Source: an uncultured Candidatus Saccharibacteria bacterium (GTDB taxonomy: Bacteria; Patescibacteriota; Minisyncoccia; Phycocordibacterales; UBA10002). Taken from it: a stretch of 61,448 nt of DNA. Each line of letters opens with the position of its first letter. The first letter of the stretch is position 1. Below the pieces are notes generated by a model. It was not told the DNA's origin. It did no database searches and saw only the letters and a program-made list of their open reading frames with translations. Below, piece after piece: positions 55,747 to 61,448 of the stretch. The position numbers were made by a program, and so were the translations under genes. The DNA lies in assembly GCA_964366535.1 (NCBI GenBank), contig CAYIUC010000002.1:10773-72220 (forward strand). The letters run 5' to 3'.

Positions 55747-55774
55747 ATTATACACCCCTTACAAAAGAGTACAA
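55747..55774 (-). promoter_or_regulatory. promoter TTGTAC-N16-TATAAT, 6 nt before the antitoxin ATG (leaderless?)
   Basis: caaTTGTACtcttttgtaaggggtgTATAATgcccgtATG on the minus strand. Confidence 0.45.
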
Positions 55775-55840
55775 TTGTTCAACTTTCTAACATCATTTTC
55801 AATTACATGTAGAATCTACAGAAAGAAAGAACGGCATTTA

Positions 55841-56311
55841 CTACCACGCGAAGTGGGCAAACGCCTTGTTGGCTTCCGCCATTTTGTGCACATTCTCGCG
55901 TTTCTTTACCGCATCGCCTTCGTTTTTAGATGCGGCGAATATCTCGTCCGCAAGTTTTATGTGCATCGGCTTCCCTTTCTTCGCACGCGCCGCGCCTATA
56001 AGCCAGCGGAACGCGAGTGCGAGCCGCCGCTCTTGCCGCACTTCCACGGGCACTTGGTAGTTTGCACCGCCGACGCGCCGCGAGCGCACTTCCATAAGCG
56101 GAGTTACATTTTTAAGCGCGGTATCAAACACTTCCAAAGGATTTTCTACTTTCATTTTGTCCTTCACAACAGAAAAAGCGCCGTACACAATCTTTCGAGC
56201 GGTTTCTTTCTTTCCGCGCTCCATTATGTAGTTCACAAGCTTAGCAACCTTCGGCGAATTAAACCGAGGGTCGGGAGATATATCTCTTTTGTTTTTTATT
56301 TTTCTGCGCAT
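55841..56311 (-). CDS. rpsG: 30S ribosomal protein S7
   Basis: DPRFNSPKVAKLVNYIMERGKKETARKIVYGAF...VRSRRVGGANYQVPVEV. Confidence 0.95.
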   Translation of the reverse strand: MRRKIKNKRDISPDPRFNSPKVAKLVNYIMERGKKETARKIVYGAFSVVKDKMKVENPLEVFDTALKNVTPLMEVRSRRVGGANYQVPVEVRQERRLALAFRWLIGAARAKKGKPMHIKLADEIFAASKNEGDAVKKRENVHKMAEANKAFAHFAW

Positions 56312-56314
56312 GTT

Positions 56315-56722
56315 TTATTTCGGACGCTTGACTCCGTAGTAGCTCCTACCCTTGCGGCGGCCTTCCACACCCGTCGCATCCAGTTTGCCGCGCACTATTG
56401 TGTAGCGCAGGTTTACATCCTTCACGCGCCCGCCGCGCACGAGTACTACCGAGTGCTCTTGAAGCGTATGCCCGACACCCGGAATGTAGGCGGTAATTTC
56501 CATGCCGTTCGTAAGCCGCACGCGGGCGATTTTGCGGATAGCGGAGTTCGGCTTGCGCGGTGTCTTGGTAGTTACCTTTGTGCATACGCCGCGCTTAAAC
56601 GGAGAATCAAAAAACACCGGCTTGTTCCGGAGCACATTGAAGCTTTTTGTCAGCGCCGGCGTCTTGTTCTTGCGAATACGCTCCTTGCGCCTGCGCTTAA
56701 TAAGCTGGTTTATCGTCGGCAT
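56315..56722 (-). CDS. rpsL: 30S ribosomal protein S12
   Basis: [12 protein letters not shown]...[49 protein letters not shown]. The track ORF extends spuriously to 56998. Confidence 0.95.
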   Translation of the reverse strand: MPTINQLIKRRRKERIRKNKTPALTKSFNVLRNKPVFFDSPFKRGVCTKVTTKTPRKPNSAIRKIARVRLTNGMEITAYIPGVGHTLQEHSVVLVRGGRVKDVNLRYTIVRGKLDATGVEGRRKGRSYYGVKRPK

Positions 56723-56774
56723 ATGTCGGCAAAATATAATACACTCTGCGTAAAAAAGCAAACGGCATCTTTTA

Positions 56775-57383
56775 CTATGCCCCAATGCCTGTGAAAATGC
56801 GGAAGAAGAAACCGACGGTGGGCGCGAGGAATTGCCAAAGGAAAAAGACGAAGAAAAGCAGTAGGAAAATAGAATAGCGTTCAAGAAAAGCGATTGCTGG
56901 AGAGTTTGTCGGTAAAAATGAAAAAAGGATTTTTGAGCCGTCCAAAGGCGGGATAGGTACGAGATTGAAGAGCGCGAGTAGAATATTGATAAACACAACA
57001 GATGCAGTTATGACTATAAACGAACTCGGCAGTACACTTCCGAAAAGCCGCAGTACTAGCCCAAATACGAACGCGAGCGCGAGGTTGGATGCGGGACCAG
57101 CAAACGACACGAGAGCATCGCCGTATTTACCACGAAGTTGATGCGGGTTTACCGGTACTGGCTTCGCCCAACCGAACACGATGCCCGCATTTGAGAGTAT
57201 AAGTAGGAGGGGTACCAAAACCGAGCCGAAAAAGTCCAAATGCCGCAGTGGATTAAACGAGAGCCGCCCCGCGAGGCGCGCGGTCGGGTCGCCAAGGTAG
57301 TTTGCCGCCGCGCCGTGCGACACTTCGTGCACAACGACGGACATAATAAGTATGACGATTGAAAATATAAGATCTAATTGCAT
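56775..57383 (-). CDS. site-2 protease family (M50) membrane metalloprotease
   Basis: [16 protein letters not shown] (HExxH) plus [13 protein letters not shown]. Start taken at [10 protein letters not shown]. Confidence 0.8.
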   Translation of the reverse strand: MQLDLIFSIVILIMSVVVHEVSHGAAANYLGDPTARLAGRLSFNPLRHLDFFGSVLVPLLLILSNAGIVFGWAKPVPVNPHQLRGKYGDALVSFAGPASNLALAFVFGLVLRLFGSVLPSSFIVITASVVFINILLALFNLVPIPPLDGSKILFSFLPTNSPAIAFLERYSIFLLLFFVFFLWQFLAPTVGFFFRIFTGIGA

Positions 57384-57413
57384 ATCGTAAGAAGTATGAT
57401 ACCATATCCTCCT

Positions 57414-57653
57414 ATGCAGTTTTGTCCCATTACCAAGAAGGCATCCGTAATGCGCGGCGCGTACTCGAACCGCACGCGCGCTACGCAGTTCAACCCATGC
57501 GGCAAAAGCAGGAGCTACCCCAACATGCAAAAGAAACGCATTTTCGTTCCCGAACTTAAGAAAAGCATTACTGTCAAAGTATCCGCGCGCGGGCTTAAAA
57601 CCATACAAAAGAACGGCGCGTACGCCACGCTAAAAAAAGCCGGAATTATCTAA
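57414..57653 (+). CDS. rpmB: 50S ribosomal protein L28
   Basis: MQFCPITKKASVMRGAYSNRT...PNMQKKRIFVPELKKSITVKVSARGLKTIQKNG. Confidence 0.8.
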   Translation: MQFCPITKKASVMRGAYSNRTRATQFNPCGKSRSYPNMQKKRIFVPELKKSITVKVSARGLKTIQKNGAYATLKKAGII

Positions 57654-57655
57654 CA

Positions 57656-57682
57656 CAAAAATCCCCCGCCGGGGGATTTTTG
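57656..57682. terminator. bidirectional intrinsic terminator between rpmB and the convergent membrane gene
   Basis: aaaaATCCCCCgccGGGGGATtttt. Confidence 0.8.
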
Positions 57683-57701
57683 TTTGCAAAAACCAGAAAT
57701 A

Positions 57702-58436
57702 CTAGTTGTGGTTCTTGATTTCTGAACGCACTTTTGCGAGGAAGCTCGCCGCTGCATCCTGGCCGCCCAAGCCGAATGCGAGCCCGAATCCGATAGAAAG
57801 CGCTACTACGACTCCCGTAAAGAGCGTTTGCACAAATGGCGCCGCGATGCCGAGCTGGAAGAGCGCCATAAGGACAGCGAAAATCCAGATGCTCCACTTT
57901 GTAACGCTTCCTAGGAAGTTTGCCGAGCGGATGTCTGCCGCCTTAGCCGCGCCAACCACAATGCGCTGCATCGCGGAAGCGATTACTACGGCAACGAGAA
58001 GAATCATCACCGCGACAATCACACGAGGCAAGTACAAGAGAACCACTTGCTGTAGAAAGGCGTTCACCTGCGATAGGCCAAGCACTTCAAGCGAGGCGAC
58101 GAGGAAAACGACAATCACAAACCATTCCACGAGCCCGCCGACGAATCGCCCCGAGTCAAGCTGGAATCCGCCGCGCTTTAGAACGCTGTCTACCTTAGCA
58201 CTCTCCAAAAGAGAATCCACCTTTAGCGCCCCAACGATGTGCGATACGACACGCCCAAGCAAGCTCCCGACTGCCCAACCGACTACGAAAATGACTATTG
58301 CGAGAATCAACTCAGGCAAAAAGCCGGCGATGCCGAGCCAGATGTCCTGAAATGCGCCCTGCAATGTCATGCTCCATGTGTCTAACATAAAAATTGTAAA
58401 CACTACTTGATAAAAGGAAGCAAACGGCAAGACCAT
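57702..58436 (-). CDS. conserved TM-helix repeat membrane protein (mechanosensitive-channel-like N-domain family)
   Basis: Repeated LPxxIxAxxIxxVGWxxxxxL-type helices, e.g. FLPELILAIVIFVVGWAVGSLLGRVV and LPRVIVAVMILLVAVVIASAM. Confidence 0.55.
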   Translation of the reverse strand: MVLPFASFYQVVFTIFMLDTWSMTLQGAFQDIWLGIAGFLPELILAIVIFVVGWAVGSLLGRVVSHIVGALKVDSLLESAKVDSVLKRGGFQLDSGRFVGGLVEWFVIVVFLVASLEVLGLSQVNAFLQQVVLLYLPRVIVAVMILLVAVVIASAMQRIVVGAAKAADIRSANFLGSVTKWSIWIFAVLMALFQLGIAAPFVQTLFTGVVVALSIGFGLAFGLGGQDAAASFLAKVRSEIKNHN

Positions 58437-58580
58437 ACCGCCCGCTTATTACGCAAAGGTAATGCCTATAGTATACATTGGCGCTGTGGAAAAGGCGTGG
58501 ACGGGGTGTGGATAAGGTTTCGCTCGGAAGTTACCTCTGCCGAGACCGGAAGATTTTCCCAGCGAGAAAATCTTCCTTAT

Positions 58581-58650
58581 CCGCTCGCCTCGCTCGCCCC
58601 TCGCTTTGCTCGGGGCACCTGCCCGCTCGGCTCCTCGCCGTCTCGGCATA
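58581..58650 (+). repeat. degenerate GC-rich tract related to the double-hairpin repeat
   Basis: CCCCTCGCTTTGCTCGGGGCAC resembles CCCCCTCGCTTTCGCTCGGGTAC, the reverse complement of 29115-29137. The rest is reiterated CTCGC/GCTCGG. Confidence 0.3.
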
Positions 58651-58680
58651 GGTACTTCCTCACTTTTGTTGTATTTTGCA

Positions 58681-58714
58681 AACAAAAACCCCACCGCTTT
58701 TCAGCGAATGGGGT
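58681..58714 (-). terminator. intrinsic terminator of the gene at 58728-59162
   Basis: Minus strand reads CCCCAttCGCtgaaaaGCGgTGGGGtttttgtt. Confidence 0.65.
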
Positions 58715-58727
58715 TGTGGGAGATCAG

Positions 58728-59162
58728 TTACTCGGTATCGCCTGCCGAAAGCCCGCTCTGCGGGCTTTCCCAACTCTCCGTTGGGCGGATGGTACCAGCA
58801 CGGATGGCGCGGTACAGTTCTATGACTTCTTTCGGATGATTGCCGGTAATTTTCACCCAATACGACGGTGGGGCTCCCTTACGGTCGTACGCTTTCCAGT
58901 CGTCAAGTTCCGCGTTTGTATCGTCTTTTCGATAAATACCTCGGTCGCGCTGCGGAGTAGCGACAAATTTCTCGTGTAGAGAAGCGCTCACAATGAACGC
59001 TTCTGCTTCTTTTGGGATTTGGACTTCCCCTGAAGCAAGCCATCGCCCGTCCTCTTCCACCGAGATTGATATTCCGTGGAATCTCGCCATTTTTTCATTC
59101 GGCACACGGCAAAACTCGGTTTGCCCTTCAATTTCTTTTTTGAAGTATGTACGTAGTGTCAT
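58728..59162 (-). CDS. hypothetical protein
   Basis: 144-aa ORF with a strong promoter, a long leader and a terminator. I see no recognisable motif. Confidence 0.5.
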   Translation of the reverse strand: MTLRTYFKKEIEGQTEFCRVPNEKMARFHGISISVEEDGRWLASGEVQIPKEAEAFIVSASLHEKFVATPQRDRGIYRKDDTNAELDDWKAYDRKGAPPSYWVKITGNHPKEVIELYRAIRAGTIRPTESWESPQSGLSAGDTE

Positions 59163-59290
59163 CTGCTTCTTCTTTCTCGTTGTACCGCCTGTGTTCCGCG
59201 CTTGCTTTGTTGCTCGCTACGGTGCAGGTCGGTTGGTGATACTGACCATTTGTCCTCCGTAACCTAACAAGGTACATTGAACTACCTTTC

Positions 59291-59319
59291 AGTATAGCAT
59301 ACCTAGTCCTAGAAGTCAA
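59291..59319 (-). promoter_or_regulatory. promoter TTGACT-N17-TATACT, about 125 nt upstream of the ATG at 59162
   Basis: gcaTTGACTtctaggactaggtatgcTATACTgaaagg on the minus strand. Confidence 0.5.
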
Positions 59320-59364
59320 TGCTCCGTAACAGAGTCGCCAGAAACCCTTATTTTGCTTGTATTT

Positions 59365-59988
59365 TTACTTCTTATTCGCCTCGGCGAATTTCTTTTCAAA
59401 ACCGAGCTTGTCTAGAAGGGTACGGTGTGGGTTCTCCATCACATCGCGCAGAAGGCGGTCGTACATACCCACGCGGTACGAAAGCTCTTGCGACTCAAAA
59501 GCCGCGTAGGTAAGCTCCTTGCCGATTTCCGCCTCTATGTCCTTCACCGCGCGCTCCACTATGTGCCGCTTCAGATGGTCGCCGGAAATTAAAATATCAA
59601 GGCGGCTTTCTGGGTGCTGTACGAACACGCCCGATACAATCACGAGCTTCAACTTCCCCGCCCCGCTAAATCGGTGGTGTATTTCATCATCGCTTATAAA
59701 CACAGTGTCGAGCAAAAGCTTGCGCAGAGGCGAGAGGTAGGCAAACCGTTCATCAAGCGCCCACCCATCTTCCGAGACGCGCTTTTTTGCCGATGTTTTC
59801 TTCGCCGCCTTGCGTTTGATAAAGCCAACTTTGCGCAGAAGCTTCAACTCATGCTTCACTGCGTATAGATTCGCTTGGCTGCGCTCCGCCACTTCGTCGG
59901 CGCAAAACGACTCCTCCTCGTTAAACAAAAACAAGCGCAGTATCTTCACCCTGCTTTCCGAACCGAAGAGTTTTCCTAAAATCTCCAT
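59365..59988 (-). CDS. winged-helix (ArsR-like N-terminal) putative transcriptional regulator
   Basis: MEILGKLFGSESRVKILRLFLFNEEESFCADEVAERSQANLYAVKHELKLLRKVGFI. The C-terminal domain is of unknown function. Confidence 0.55.
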   Translation of the reverse strand: MEILGKLFGSESRVKILRLFLFNEEESFCADEVAERSQANLYAVKHELKLLRKVGFIKRKAAKKTSAKKRVSEDGWALDERFAYLSPLRKLLLDTVFISDDEIHHRFSGAGKLKLVIVSGVFVQHPESRLDILISGDHLKRHIVERAVKDIEAEIGKELTYAAFESQELSYRVGMYDRLLRDVMENPHRTLLDKLGFEKKFAEANKK

Positions 59989-60061
59989 AATTCCATTTAG
60001 GGTACTCCGAAAAATACCGCGTGCAAGCAAAAGCCCCTTGCGGGGCTTTTGTATCTGTTGG

Positions 60062-60454
60062 TTATTTTAGCACTACCTTTCCGCCCGCCGCTTCTATATC
60101 CTTTTTGAGTTTCTCCGCCTCTTCTTTCTTCATTCCCTCTTTCAGCACCTTCGGCGCGGCGTCTACCAAATCCTTCGCATCCTTTAGACCTAAGCCGAGA
60201 GCTTCCTTCACAACCTTAATAACGGAAATCTTATTTGCACCGCCGCCCACGAGTTCCACCGTAAAGGAGGTTTTCTCTTCCTTGCCCGCCGAAGCGTCAG
60301 CGGAGGCGGGTGCCGCAACCGCCGTTGCAGACACGCCAAACTTCTTCTCAAGCGTGCGCACAAGCTCGTTTAAGTCCACAACCGACATCTGTTCAATCTG
60401 CTCAATTAGCGCTTTGAACTTTGCCGGGATTTCTATTGGTTTATTTTCTTCCAT
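60062..60454 (-). CDS. rplL: 50S ribosomal protein L7/L12
   Basis: LIEQIEQMSVVDLNELVRTLEKKFGV...KISVIKVVKEALGLGLKDAKDLVDAAPKVLKEGMKKEEAEKLKKDIEAAGGKVVLK. Confidence 0.95.
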   Translation of the reverse strand: MEENKPIEIPAKFKALIEQIEQMSVVDLNELVRTLEKKFGVSATAVAAPASADASAGKEEKTSFTVELVGGGANKISVIKVVKEALGLGLKDAKDLVDAAPKVLKEGMKKEEAEKLKKDIEAAGGKVVLK

Positions 60455-60464
60455 ATTTTTATTA

Positions 60465-60965
60465 TTATGAATTTTTAAGTTTAGCAATCTCACCAAGTCC
60501 AACGACCAACCTCTGAAGCGGCGAGTTTACTATATTTGCAAACTGCGCAAGCAATGTCTCTCTACCAGGTATCGCCGCAAGCGCGAGCGCTTCAGAGCGG
60601 TCGATAAACTTACCCTCAAATATGCCGCCCACAAGCTCCACCGCCTTCTCAAACTTCTTCGTAAACACCGACACTTCGCGCGCGGGCGCGAGCGTGTCGC
60701 CCTCGTTCATCGAATACGCCACCGCGACCTCTCCATCAAGCGGAGCAAGCTCGCCGGACGGCTTTTTGCTCTCTAGAGCGCGGCGTATTAGTGTCTTCTT
60801 CGCCACATAGTAGCCCACGCCCTTTTCCTTGAGCGTCTTGCGCAGGGTGTTCGCTTGCGCCACAGTGAGCTTGCCGAACTTCACGAACGCCGCACTTTGC
60901 GACATCGCGAAGATGTCGGTAAGTTTCGAAATTATTTCTCCTTTCTTTACTTTTGTAATAGCCAT
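60465..60965 (-). CDS. rplJ: 50S ribosomal protein L10
   Basis: MAITKVKKGEIISKLTDIFAMSQSAAFVKFGKLTVAQANTLRKTLKEKGVGYYVAKKTL. Confidence 0.9.
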   Translation of the reverse strand: MAITKVKKGEIISKLTDIFAMSQSAAFVKFGKLTVAQANTLRKTLKEKGVGYYVAKKTLIRRALESKKPSGELAPLDGEVAVAYSMNEGDTLAPAREVSVFTKKFEKAVELVGGIFEGKFIDRSEALALAAIPGRETLLAQFANIVNSPLQRLVVGLGEIAKLKNS

Positions 60966-61110
60966 AGAAAAAACCCTTCTCTTACAAGGGCCCCTATAAA
61001 AAGAGTCGACCTCTCGGCAGGATTCCTGGAGGAATTTAACGCTTTTGCTTTGCGTCCCGCTGTCTCTGAAGCCCTTACGACTATCCTAACATACTTTATG
61101 CAAAATACAA

Positions 61111-61448
61111 CTACTCAAGCGGAATGGTGCTAGTAGCAGTATTGCTCTCAAATGTAACATTCAGAGCTTTGGTAATGGGCGTCCCTGCTGGTGCCGAAAT
61201 TGCCTGCATGTTGTGCGAGAAGAGTACATTCTCAAGGGAGATGGAGGAAGAGTCGTAGTTTAGCCCATTGTCCAAGTAGGAGATGGTGGAGTTTAGGAAG
61301 TCGGATGTTGCATTGGGTTTCAGGTAGATACCTGAAGGAAAGAGCGTAGTTGGAGTGGTAGAGCCGGTGCCATGCACATCGCTTCCGTCAGCATCGTTGT
61401 GCCAATGGGTAAAGAGTACGGGAGAGGAGGGGGTGCCCTGCGCTTCTA
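61111..61448 (-). CDS. C-terminal part of a hypothetical (Ser/Thr/Asn-rich, possibly surface) protein; 5' end outside the window
   Basis: The reading frame stays open to the window edge (..THWHNDADGSDVHGTGSTTP..). It is not L1 or L11. Confidence 0.4.
   Translation of the reverse strand, partial: EAQGTPSSPVLFTHWHNDADGSDVHGTGSTTPTTLFPSGIYLKPNATSDFLNSTISYLDNGLNYDSSSISLENVLFSHNMQAISAPAGTPITKALNVTFESNTATSTIPLE

Noticed and set aside
55715-56794. 359-aa plus-strand ORF
   Set aside because: It is antisense to rpsG and rpsL and has no motif. It is an artefact of stop-poor antisense frames.
12007-58650. Possibility that the GC-rich hairpin repeats form a CRISPR array
   Set aside because: The copies are dispersed over 46 kb, occur in both orientations, vary in length and have no regular spacers. 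No cas genes are present. The Cas2-like similarity of the first ORF is fold-level only.
60966-61110. L10 (rplJ) leader RNA
   Set aside because: The spacer contains a small hairpin (GGATTCCTGGAGGAATT) and a possible TTGTAT-N16-TAGGAT promoter. I cannot verify the L10-leader fold by eye, so it is not listed as a feature.

Overview
61.4-kb window with a G+C-rich backbone, AT-richer inserts and mostly minus-strand genes. Content and organisation fit a Patescibacteria/CPR (Parcubacteria-like) genome, but that assignment is inference. Main blocks: (i) a complete secretin-less type IV pilus locus (pilMNO, pilB, response regulator, secreted metzincin-like protein, pilT, pilC, major pilin, pilD, four minor pilins) next to ligA and comF. 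(ii) A 4.3-kb accessory island between the inward-facing 3' ends of tRNA-Ser(GCU) and tmRNA (HNH, HicB, YdeI, MNT/HEPN, GIY-YIG and others). (iii) smpB, ftsH, tRNA-Ile(UAU) and an AT-rich UbiA-family gene. (iv) A fragmented ribosomal superoperon. It runs rpsL-rpsG-[TA]-fusA-tuf-rpsJ, then a terminator and about 14 kb of glycosylation genes, recG, a TA pair and a ZIP transporter. It resumes with rpsS-rplV-rpsC-rplP-rpsQ-rplN-rplX-rplE-[insert]-rpsZ-rpsH-rplF-rplR-rpsE-rplO-secY-[insert]-adk-map-ndk. rplC/D/W/B, rpmC and rpmD are absent from their canonical positions. (v) rplJ-rplL stand isolated. The most unusual signal is a family of GC-rich double-hairpin repeats. As inverted pairs they box three units of about 490 bp: two intact DUF559 endonuclease genes and one decayed copy, all sitting inside conserved operons. 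Solo copies also occur, one translated in frame within a glycosyltransferase. Also seen: a 36-bp AT-rich palindrome in 3 copies, four complete TA pairs plus an orphan HicB, and many consensus -10 boxes only 6-9 nt from start codons, which suggests leaderless mRNAs. All calls come from reading ORF translations and sequence by eye. Non-ORF coordinates are good to a few nt. No database search or computed alignment was run.
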